64,000 nucleotides of DNA from the NCBI RefSeq assembly GCF_006345805.1, contig NC_042999.1:24490001-24554000 (forward strand), given 5' to 3'. This document shows positions 12,631 to 23,900 of this stretch, piece by piece. The stretch's first letter is position 1. The number at the start of each line of letters is the position of its first letter. Source of the stretch: Octopus sinensis. Its lineage: Eukaryota. Below the pieces are notes generated by a model. The model saw only the letters and a list, made by a program, of their open reading frames with translations. It made no database searches and had not been told where the DNA came from. The position numbers and the translations under genes were made by a program.

Positions 12631-13589
12631 GTGCGCGCGCCGCGAACGTGCATGTATTGTTTAGCTTCGGGTCCACTCTGATCGGAAAGTATTCTAGCTA
12701 AGACCAACCCTTCTTTTCTTGTGCGTACAGGGAATCCAGGCCTAGAATATGTGATATGCCCCTTTATAGGAGCGTGGGGATAAAATTTGCGAAAGATTCG
12801 GCTGTTATTTCTAGCAGGTGGAGTAAACATGTCCTAAGCTTGTATGTAAGTACGTGTATGTATCTGTGCGTGTGTGTGTGTGTTTGTGTGTGTGTAAGAA
12901 TATGTACTTGTGTACCCGTATCTTATTTATATAACATGTGCGCGAGTGTGAACTATTTAAACGACTACGCCGTGAAACTTCTCGATTGTTTCCCTTACAC
13001 TCTATCGAAGAAAAAAATCTACAGTAAGTCTCTTGAGCTGCTTTCGTTTGTGTTAGACGTTCAACTAATAGTTAGTTTCGTCTGTGCGAAGTAATCTACT
13101 CACAGACGTAAATATTATACATCTACAATTATTCAATTTATATCATTTTAAATTTGATATCTCATACTATTTCCTTCTTCATAAATCGGCTCAGAAATAT
13201 TTTCTGCCAGAGAATCGGTTCGGTATTTACTTTCGCTAATGTCGACATTGCGTTCGCCCTTAAGGAATCGATAAAGTAAGTATCACTCAAATACTATGGT
13301 TTATATAATCGATGGCACACCACTCATATTTTTTAATACTGTTTATATATACGAAACGATTATTATGTCCAGCTGCGGTTTAAACCCTGTTGAAATAAGT
13401 ATTAGTCGTACACCGAGTCAATTCAAACGGTTATATCCTTATAATTTGCGACTTTATGCAAGCACTAGAAATGTTGTTGTTGTTGTCGTCGTCGTCATGA
13501 TCAGGAAGGCGAACACGCAGAATCACTAAGCGCATCTGACAAAGTATTTTGTGGCATTTTGCTTTTCATCCTTCCGAGGTCAATAAACC

Positions 13590-13819
13590 CATTTCTTTAC
13601 TACCCATAAGGGGCTAAACACAGGAGGGACAAACAAGGACAGTCAAACGGATTAATTCAATTATATCGACCCCAGTGTGTAACTGGTACTTATTTAATCG
13701 ACCCCGAAAGGATGAAAGGCAAAGTCGACCTCGGCGGAATTTGAACTCAGAACGTTAGCGGCAGACGAAATACCGCTAAGCATTTCGCCCGACGTGCTAA
13801 CGTTTCTGCCAGCTCACCG
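13590..13819 (-). mobile_element. SINE family 2 with 20-bp TSD
   Basis: ccttccgaggtcaataaacc at 13570-13589 and 13820-13839. Confidence 0.88.
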
Positions 13820-14019
13820 CCTTCCGAGGTCAATAAACCGGTCAGATTCTGGGATCAATGTAATCGATTTGCCCCTCCTTTCAAAATTGTTGGCCCTGTG
13901 TCACCGAGGTCAACTTTGCCTTTCATCCTTTTCAGGGTCGATAAAATAAGTACCCGTTGAGTAGTTCCTCCCACAAAATTTCAGGTCTTGTGCTTACAGT
14001 AGAAACAATTATTATTCGG

Positions 14020-14247
14020 CGAACTGGCAAAATCGTTAGCACGCCGGGCGAAATGCTTCGCAGCATTTCGTCCGTCTTCACGTTCTGAGTTCAAATCCCT
14101 CCGAGGTCGACTTTGCCTTTCATTCTTTCGGGGTCGATTAAATAAGTACCAGTTACGCACTGGGGTCGACATAATCCACTTAATCCATTTGTCTGTCCTT
14201 GTTTGTCCCTTCTGTGTTTAGCCCCTTGTGGGTAGTAAAGAAATAGG
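14020..14247 (+). mobile_element. SINE family 2
   Basis: ggcgaactggcaaaatcgttagc...gagttcaaatcc...gtaaagaaatagg. Confidence 0.85.
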
Positions 14248-14928
14248 TTTAAGTACCCGTTTTGTATTAGGGTCGATCTAGTGAGAAAGAAAGAAAGAGG
14301 GGGGAGCTAAGTTATTTCTCACACACAAATTACATTTTTGTCATAGAAACTTCAATTGGTTCTTTAGATTTGGTAATAAAATTAAGTAAGATCCACCAAA
14401 GTAATATTTCGTCAATAAGTAACACTAGGAACCCTTAAAGTAGTTCTAAGGAAGAGTCAACATGACAAGACTGGCCCTTTGAAATACAGATACTACTCAT
14501 TATTGCCAGCTGGGTGGACTGGAGCAACGGGAAATAAAGTGTCTTGCTCAAGGACACAACGCGTCGCCGGGAATTGAACTCATGACCTTGCGATCGTGAA
14601 CCGAATACCCCTAACCACCAAAATTTATACTTAGTTGATGTTAACATACATAACTGAATTGAAGCAACGAGAAAGTTTTCTTATGGTTTCTAAACTAGCT
14701 AGAAATAATAGCCAAACCGCCCTCGAGCCTGTCGTAAGGAAGGCCAATGGATAATTTTACATACAATGTCTGAAAAAAATAAGATGAAATGTCACAATCC
14801 GGACGTCAATGACTGTAAATCTTCTTGACTGGAGTTAGCGAAATTTTGTTATCAAAATTATTTTTACACCGTGTTACAAACCGTGAATCCATGTAAACTA
14901 ATTCTTAGCAGATACTAACTGAAATTAG

Positions 14929-15346
14929 GGATCTTTTCGGTTTGAACGGCAGTTTTTTTCTCTTGCGGTGTCATATGAAATTGTCACCCATAATTATGAC
15001 CCTAGTATCGATCTATTGCATTTCAATCTCTTTTAGGGGTGGGGGAAGGGTATCTTTTTTCTTCAGAAATGTAAATAAACCCAATCTGTTTCTTAAACGA
15101 GGGACATATTCATACGGCACAGAATGTTTTTGTTTTTTTTACCTCAATAGACGTCATTGATTGGTTGAAATTGCAGAAATTGAAGAAGAAGAAAACAACA
15201 AATATCTTACAAACTATAGAATTTTCTCAATAAAGCCAAGAGAAAAAGATGTTTTATAAACACATTCTACCAGTATACGAAGTTTAAAAGTGTTTACTTA
15301 CGTGGAAATTATTTTAAAAAAACTGCCGTTCAAACTGAGTAGATCC
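14929..15346 (-). mobile_element. MITE family A
   Basis: Both TIRs; flanks gaaattag / gaattttg (decayed 8-bp TSD). Confidence 0.82.
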
Positions 15347-15904
15347 GAATTTTGTTGTCTTTGTACCCACTGAGGATGTTAGTCTGCGCGCAGTTCCCAA
15401 AATAATAAGTGTATTCTTTTTTCGCCACTGGTAAAATGATAAATTTATTCAACAGCTGAATAAAATTCTTAATTTCATGAGTATGTATGTTGAAAACTCA
15501 CAGATGATATTTAACTGTTCTCTCGTTTTTAATAGACACTGAGCTCTTTTAAATTTATTTATTTATTGCTAAGATAGCAACCGGTATTTTGTATGGTACC
15601 ACTTACTGTAGGTATGGATTGAAGAGATTGGTCTCACAGCTGGAGCATACTGTTGTCACTTTTGGAATTTCATGCGATTAAATTATTATTCAATTTTATC
15701 GTGAAAAGAATCATTTTAAACATACATAATGCAATATTCAATTTTATCTTTATTTATTCGTAGTTTTGTATACTATGATGTGTCTAAAGCTTTGTCGTGT
15801 ATGGTCGACCGGATCACTGACACGATTTAGGATGTTACCGAAGTCTGGGAGCTAAGTTTTTAATTTTTTTCTTTTATGTCCGCGTCACCCTTTTATTGAA
15901 GTTA

Positions 15905-16700
15905 GGTGCGAACCTTCGGTATATGTACCGGTGTAAGTACCGGATACATTTCAAAAAAGGTTTTTTTCATATATATATATGGGGGGGTTAGGGTTAGGGG
16001 GGGGGGAGAAAAGGGTTTCTGTTATCTTCAGAAATGTGAACAAAGTCACGTGTGTACATATGCCTATTTCTTTAATACCCACAAGGGGACAAACAAGGAC
16101 AGACAAAAGGATTAAGTCGATTACATCGACCCTAGTACGTAACTGGTACTTAATTTATCGACCCCGAAAGGATGAAAGGCAAAGTCGACCTCGTCGGAAT
16201 TTAAACCCAGAACGTAACGGCAGACGAAATACCTATTTCTTTATTACCCACAAGGGGCTAAACACAGAGGGGACAAACAAGGACAGACATAGGTATCAAG
16301 TCGATTACATCGACCCTAGTGCGTAACTGGTACTTAATTTATCGACCACGAAAGGATGAAAGGCAAAGTCGACCTCGGCGGAATTTGAACCCAGAACGTA
16401 GCGGCAGACGAAATACCTATTTCTTTATTACCCACAAGGGGCTAAACACAGAGGGGACAAACAAGGACAGACATAGGTATTAAGTCGATTACATCGACCC
16501 CAGTGCGTTACTGGTACTTAATTTATCGACCCCGAAAAGATGAAAGGCAAAATCGACCTCGGCGGAATTTGAACTCACAACGTAACGGCAGACGAAATAC
16601 GGCTACGCATTTCGCCCGGCGTGCTAACGTTTCTGCCAGCTTCGCCGCCTCTTCAGAAATGTAAACAAAGTCACGTGTGTACATATACCGAAGCATCGCC
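15905..16700 (+). mobile_element. MITE family C (GGCGAT-type, TTAGGG-bearing) interrupted by tandem SINE-2 copies
   Basis: Ends ...gtacatataccgaagcatcgcc as in 54514-54794; 19-bp direct repeats at 15889-15907 and 16701-16719. Confidence 0.7.
16066..16650 (-). mobile_element. Head-to-tail triplet of SINE family 2 (about 180-bp unit x3)
   Basis: Three successive ...cccacaagggg...gacaaacaaggacagac...gacgaaatac units; only the last keeps the full head. Confidence 0.88.
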
Positions 16701-16760
16701 CCTTTTATTGAAGCTAGGTAGCTTGAGTAGAAAATGAGTTTCTTTTATTCTTTTACTAAG

Positions 16761-16884
16761 GGCACTGTCATGCTTTTAGTTGTCAGAAGTGAAAGTAGAA
16801 AAATCTGACGTCAGACGTCAACTTCGTGTATTTACGTCGTCGTTAGGTTTATACCTTCGTTAATTTACGCCGCATGACAGTGCC
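16761..16884. mobile_element. MITE family D, 124 bp, Merlin-like
   Basis: 13-bp TIR ggcactgtcatgc / gcatgacagtgcc; perfect 8-bp TSD ttactaag at 16753-16760 and 16885-16892. Confidence 0.8.
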
Positions 16885-17060
16885 TTACTAAGCGAAAATA
16901 AGTTGGTGAACTTTTGCCTTTTCTCACGACACGGCGCATGTCGGACGGAAAAAAATAAAACCGGCGAAGTTACCTCCCTTTACAGTAAGTGTCTGCTTGA
17001 TTCGACTGTTTAATGTTTTGGCATTGGTTCAGGTTTTAAGCTCGCGCATGCGTGTTACGT
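16800..17060 (+). promoter_or_regulatory. Candidate LIPT2 promoter / non-coding first exon
   Basis: Locally CpG-rich; TGACGTCA at 16806-16813; possible donor ACA|GTAAGT at 16985; cgcgcatgcgtg (NRF1-like) at 17043-17054. Needed because the ATG exon begins at an acceptor. Not verified. Confidence 0.3.
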
Positions 17061-17704
17061 CCGTTTCCAAACCAAGACAAATCGAAGCCAAAATATTTCT
17101 CTGCGATATATAATGGTCAATTGCTGCTACATGTGTAAGCTATTTCTCTTCACCTACGCTACTAATGCTCTTGATATAAAAAGCATGACCACTAAACATT
17201 AAATTCCCCGACCCCACCAGGCATTTATGAATGTGTAGATGATACGTGAGCTTAGTTGTCACGCCCACGGTTCGGTTTCAATCCTCTCCCATGCATTCCA
17301 CTTCGTTTTGGCGTTACGACTGCCCTTGAGGAAGTCACGTAATCACATCATTATTTTTCTACTATACTGATGCTTTGTGTCTATGTAAGATAGGAAAATT
17401 GCTGAAGGATGATAAACAAATTATCCTCAAAATTCAGTATATTTACACAAAAAAAAAAATAGTTTCAAAATCTGGTGAACACACTATATGTATATATACA
17501 TATATATAATAAGGGTAAAATTAATTAATTAATTAGTAATTAATAATTACACCAAGTAGTGATTCGGTACGTAAAAGACCATTATCGGTAAAATTTAAAA
17601 CAATATTTATTATAATAAGGGTTAGGCAAAAGAATTTGCTTCACCACACACCTAACTTTAGAAACAGCAGCAGCCCCCCCCCCCCAAAAAAAAAAGACTA
17701 GCTA

Positions 17705-17845
17705 TAAGGTTGTCCCAAAAGTTCGTAGAAAGTCTTGGAAAATAATGGTCTTTATTTTGAGGAATAATTTTTGTTGTTTTTGTTAGTACTTGGCGAGTAA
17801 AAATTCAATTTTCGGAAGTGTTTACGAACTTTTGGGACAACCTAA
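17705..17845. mobile_element. Tc1/mariner-type MITE
   Basis: TIR aggttgtcccaaaagttcgta / tacgaacttttgggacaacct flanked by TA. Confidence 0.75.
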
Positions 17846-18788
17846 TATTTCTTCTACTGTAAGAAACAACTCCCAGACAATATATATATATATAGAGAGA
17901 GAGAGAGTTTATTAAAAAGTAGCAAAAGTATCACGAAAACTGTTACTCAGTTTCTCATGCTTTTATACATAACTTCTGTTTAATTATTTCGTGTTTGTTT
18001 TTCGTGACATTGTTTCAAAAAGTTTTTTCTTTATTAAATCATTAACGTCAACTTATTTCGAGGGGGAAAAAATGTTTTTAAACTAGTTATCTAGTATTTT
18101 AATTGCGTAAGGTAATTATTAGAGATTAACAGTACTACGTTCCCCACCAGACTACTGTAGTACCTCTAGGACACTATAGATATCACCCCCATCATGCCAT
18201 TGCATCTATCATTACATCTAACACTTTGCCTGCCGAAACACGAGACATCCATTCGGTACACCACGCACATTACACAACAACACAGAAAAAGAACATCACA
18301 ACAAGGAACCAGTGTACAAAACTCATGTCCCCACCTTTGAAAAGTGATACCATATCCAACTAACCACTGCATTTATTATTTATTTATTGCTTATTAAAAC
18401 TAGCTCTAGTTTTTCTCCCAGCCAGGTTTTAAAGTAGGTTTTTAATACTAAGGTCGAGTCATGTATTAGAGTCGATTTTAATTGACTATCGCAATCCTAA
18501 AACGAATCTTAGAATACAACATTATTGTTTTGTTCTTACATCTTTATCTTAAAAGCAATAAAGTTTAATGTTACAATGAAATAGGTTAGCAAATCTTATC
18601 TATATTGCTCTCTCCTCTGTTTCTAACTGCCCACTCACACATACACATGTATATGTATAAGCAGTTTAAACTTGATGGGACAGACCTATGAAGACGCTCC
18701 AGCCATGACCACACTGTCTTTTCTGAAGAAGTGATGTGGTTCTGACTATTAGTTGAAACTACAACAGACAATAACCTTATGGTATATT

Positions 18789-19196
18789 AAATATATATCG
18801 ATCAACATCAATGGAAATTGTAGCTGTGATACCAGTGCCGGTGGCACGTAAGAGAACCATTTGAATGTGGCCACTGCCAACGCTGCCCCGACTGGCAAAG
18901 CACCATCCGATCGTGGCCGTTGCCAGCCTCGTCTGGCGTCCATGCCGGTGGCACGTAAAAAGCACCATCCGATCGTGGCCGTTTGCCAGCCTCGTCTGGC
19001 ACCTGTGCCGGTGGCACATAAAAAGCACCCACTACACTCACGGAGTGGTTGGCGTTAGGAAGGGCATCCAGCCGTAGAAACACTGCCAGATCAGACTGGG
19101 CCTGGTGCAGCCTTCTGGCTTCCCAGACCCCAGTTGAACCGTCCAACCCATGCTAGCATGGAAAGCGGACGCTAAAACGATGATGATGATGATGAT
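18789..19196 (+). mobile_element. SINE family 4 (internal about 60-bp tandem units, (GAT)n tail)
   Basis: gtggcacgtaaaaagcacc units; ggaagggcatccagc motif; gatgatgat tail. Confidence 0.8.
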
Positions 19197-20505
19197 TCCT
19201 CCATGTTATAAATTTCACTTCCCCATGTTCCTATTACTAATAAATTTGAAAAAAGCCATGAATACCACATAATCTCAATCATATCCTCTGTAAATCAGCT
19301 TTTTTTAGCCTCCAATATTTTTTTTATTATTTCAATATCCAATTCTTTTCATGTTACTGTGAGTAAGAACCCATTTACTATGAAACAAGCATATGATATT
19401 GGGACAACCAACAATATCTACTTGTAGTAGTAGTAGCCGTATTAGTGGTAGTCGTAGAAGTAGTAGTAGTTGTAGCAGTAAAGTTTGAACTCAACCATAT
19501 TATCAGTGGTCCAGTTCCTTAACTATGTAAGCAATATGTCCCAATATCGTAAGTAATCTAGAATGGTTGTTTTTCATTGCCATTCTCATTGCACGTGACT
19601 GTCATTTCAAAAATCATTCTTATTTCATGCGTAAACAAAATGCTGTTTTAATCTCTGGTAGTTGTGATTATTTTGTTATCAAGTGTTATCAACCTACTAT
19701 ACACTAAATCAAAATAAATATTGAAAAGATAATTTTTCTCTCATTTGTTATAGCTTCTGTTATAAATATTTGGATGACCCTTTTTTATCATTTATTAAGT
19801 AAATATTCATGTAAGTATGTGTGTGTGTGTGTTACTCTTGAACTGATTTTACCATCAAAATACAGGCTGCAATTTCAGCAAAAACAAAAAATTAATAAAT
19901 AAAATTTGAAAAGCTCAATGTGTTTTTAACCCTTTTGTTACCAACCCGGCTGAAACCGGCTCTGGCTCTTTAGTACAAATGTCTGGTTTTCAAAAGTTCT
20001 GAATTAAATCCTTCCACCAAACCTAAGTCACAATTTATGTCCCTAACTCTAGCTTAATGATAACGATGCTATTTTACTTAACTCTTTGTTATATTTAAAA
20101 TAATTGGAAGAAACACTGGGCATCTCAGAATAAATTCAGTAACAAAAGGGTTAAAAATGGTAGAATTGTCATGTGGTTTAACATACAAATATGAAATTGA
20201 GAATTTTGTATAGCACATGAATAAATTATACTCCCATTAATGTTATGACAAGCTCTGATTACCAAAGCAACCTATACATTGTATTATCTAACTTGAAAAA
20301 GAAAAAAGAAAACCTACATGTTATGTCTTGTCTCACAGTGCCATATAATGAACTGCAATCAAACTGTGAGTCCTATAAATTCAATCTTTGTACCTCAAAT
20401 AATTGCATTTTTTTAAAAAATTCATATATTTTGAATTGTATAATATTCTACAAATATCATATTTAGTGAATTAATGTAGCTGCTTTGTTGTTTTATCAGG
20501 TCAAG

Positions 20506-20965
20506 ATGTCACTGTCACGAAACCTTGTTACTGTGATAAATCTGGGTCGCATGGGTTTCTTAGCAGCTGCTGATCTTCAGAAAAGGTACGCCCGAGAGCA
20601 TTTGGATTTCCTTGCTGGCAAACCTGGTGCTATTTCTCGTAATGTTATCCTATTAGTTGAACATGACCCAGTTTACACAACAGGATTTAGGACTAAAACA
20701 TATACCGAAGAGGAAGCCCAGAGATTGAAATCACTTGGTGCCGATTTCTATCGCACCAATCGAGGTGGCATGATTACATTCCATGGTCCAGGCCAACTGG
20801 TGGCTTATCCAATACTTAACCTTTTGCAATTCCGTCCAAGTGTTAAATGGTATGTGAGCAGTTTAGAAGCAACTATAATCAAGACCTGTGCTAACTGGGG
20901 CATAGCTGCCAAGACAACTGTGGATACAGGTGTTTGGGTAGAAGATCGAAAAATAGGAGCAATTG
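20506..20965 (+). CDS. LIPT2: LIPT2 coding exon 1 (exon starts at 20500 after ttttatcAG, so a non-coding exon lies upstream)
   Basis: MSLSRNLVTVINLGRM...DRKIGAI+G, followed by donor GTAAG at 20966. Confidence 0.93.
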
Positions 20966-23900
20966 GTAAGAATTTTATTGACCCTTTTTGAATTATTTAT
21001 GTTGTCACTGTTTTAACATCCATTTTCCCATTATTTGCTAGTTTTGTAGTGTGACATAGTGGAGGCGCAATGGCCCAGTGGTTAGGGCAGCGGACTCGCG
21101 GTCATAGGATCGCGGTTTCAATTCCCAGACCGGGCGTTGTGAGTGTTTATTGAGCGAAAACACCTAAAAGCTCCACAAGGCTCCGGCAGGGGATGGTGGT
21201 GATCCCTGCTGTACTCTTTCACCACAACTTTCTCTCACTCTTACTTCCTGTTTCTGTTGTACCTGTATTTCAAAGGGCCGGCCTTGTCACTCTCTGTGTC
21301 ACGCTGAATATCCCCGAGAACTACGTTAAGGGTACACGTGTCTGTGGAGTGCTCAGCCACTTACACGTTAATTTCACGAGCAGGCTGTTCCGTTGATTCG
21401 GATCAACCGGAACCCTCATTGTCGTAACCGATGGAGTTCTTCCATCCAGTGCGACATAATGTCATTTCTCAATCTTCATTCAAATTTTCTCAGATCTGAT
21501 CCCATTACTTTTTGCTGTCAGTAAGGTGAGGGTTGGCAATGAGTACAATGAAGAATTCCGGATAGAGGTAGGGGTCCACCAAGGATCAGTCCTCAGCCCC
21601 CTCCTATTCATCATAGTCCTCCAGGCAATAACAGAGGAATTCAAGACAGGATGCCCCTGGGAGCTTCTCTATGCTGATGACCTTGCTCTAATAGCTGAGT
21701 CACTATCAGAACAAGGGGAGAAGTTTCAGGTGTGGAAGCAAGGTCTAGAATCGAAGTGCCTTAGAGTCAATCTTGCAAAAACCAAAGTCTTAATATGTAG
21801 CAAGGTAGACAAATCACAAATCCCTTCAGATAGATTGCCATACTTGATCTGTAGAAAAGGCATAGGTAGAAACTCCATTAGATGTACCTGGTGTAAGCTA
21901 TGGATACATAAGAGGTGAAGTAATATCAAAGGAAAGCTAACTGCGAAGAAGCACAGGTTTACTTTTGGTCAGATACTTCTACTGTTGTTTCTCTGAGAAG
22001 ATGGCATCTGTGATACTCTTCCCAGGCTCAAAACCAAACTGCATCTCATCTTGTTTAACTCTATTCCTAATCAAGTGAACTATAACTCTCTGTAACTTGC
22101 ATGACCTGTTCTAACAGTTTAATACAACTGTAGTTGTTTCTGTCTTAGGCATCACCTTTACCCTTGTACCAGCAAACTATAATACTACTACACCAGTCAG
22201 TGGGGATGGTACCTTCCTGAATAACCTGATTAACTATACAAGTTACTAGGCCATATCATACTCAGCCAAATATTTAAACCATCTCCGTAGTGATTCCTGA
22301 CAATACAGGAGGTTTCCCTGTCTTCATATCCTTAATTGCCTTAACTATCATACTACTCTCAACTTTGATGGCTGGTCCCTCAGATGGTTTGATATTTGAA
22401 AGATTCTCCTTCCTCGCATTCTCCACATTTAGCAACCTTTCATAGTGACACTTCTCAGAATCACTAAGTGCAAGCATACCATTATCCATTTGCACATATA
22501 TATATATATATACAGTAAATTTAGGGTGAATACTTGATAAGTGTAAGCACCTATATACGTCAGCTAGTAGCAGAGGTGAGAGGGTATATGTATCAAATGA
22601 AATAAAAAACAGAACACAAATGATGTCGCGGTACACGTGTTTCAAGCTTTATAAATGACCTATTCTTACATCTCTATATATATAAATGGCAGTTTGTCTG
22701 TCTGTGTGGCTGTCAGGTTGTACCTTCACACTGACCACGGCTTTCAACCGATTCTGATGAAACTTGACACACACATAGCCCAATGTCATAATTCAAAACT
22801 AACGCAGCGAAAATTTTGAAAAGTTTCCCCAGTTCTGAAAAAAATCGATAAATTCGACATGGGGTCGAGAATCTAAGCTTTTTATATGCAACACATTTTC
22901 TGTCGGGAGACAGCTAGGAACATCGTATACACAGAAGTATTCGAGTGAAGAGAAGACATTGCAACCTACACATGTGCCTTCGTTCCCTAGAGGGAAAGGA
23001 CTAGATTGGGATTAGTCGTTGCCTACTAGGGGCTCTTACATACCCGGGCAACGCTGCTAGTCAGTGTATAAGAGACATAAAGGATTATTTAAAGCTCTCT
23101 TTGGAATAACAATTGCATGCAGCTGAATAGAGCTTTAAACCATTCTTTATGTCTATTATACACTGATGCAAGAATAGGTCGTTTATAAAGCTTGAAATAC
23201 ATGTACCGCGGCATCCTTTGTGTTCTGTTTTTGATTTCATTTGATATATATATATCTATACATACACACACATTATGTGTTTGTGTATATGCATGTGCCT
23301 ACGTATCAGGAGATTGCATGGATAAGTAAATATAATTACTGTTATCATCCCAATTAAATTCTATAGAACCTTTTTTTGTCTTTACCCCCGATTATTCTGT
23401 TACTTTTCTGTTAACCACCTCTTTTCCTCTTCTCCATTTTTCTCCCTGCCTCCAACATTAACATTATTATTACTCTTTTGATTAGTTTTTTTATTATATT
23501 TACCATGCGCACATAAGCATAAGCTGGTTATTGTAATCACTCATCTTTGTCTGTGTGTTTGCAAAATTACTGGAAAATGGCTGAAAGGATTTTCACCAAA
23601 TTTGGCAGAAATACTCCTTAGGTGAGTGGCTCGAAATGATGAAACTTTAGTTTGCTTATCTTCAAGCATACATAAATACATACATAGATGTGCAACTCTC
23701 TGCGCACGTGTGTGTGTGTGTGTACGTACAGTGATGGATTCAAGGGTTTTGTTTATTTACGAGTTGATTTCTTAATTTCACCAGAGTATAAATACCTATA
23801 ATGGTGAAACACTTCTCAAATTCTATGCAATATTTTCTATAAGTATTTCATTTTGTTCACTTTCTTTTTCATATGAACCACCCCTTGTCTGCATGTGTAT

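Noticed and set aside
12391-12830. ORFs rich in HTYI / MYVC (also 57186-57938)
   Set aside because: Translations of microsatellites on both strands.
20485-20991. ORF-track version of LIPT2 (TTG start, ending KNFIDPF)
   Set aside because: The TTG lies in the intron upstream of the acceptor at 20499, and the tail is read-through past the donor at 20966.
21060-21135. tRNA gene (also 26853, 35407, 48345, 54097)
   Set aside because: A/B boxes are present but there is no proper acceptor stem or cloverleaf, and each runs into a shared SINE body.
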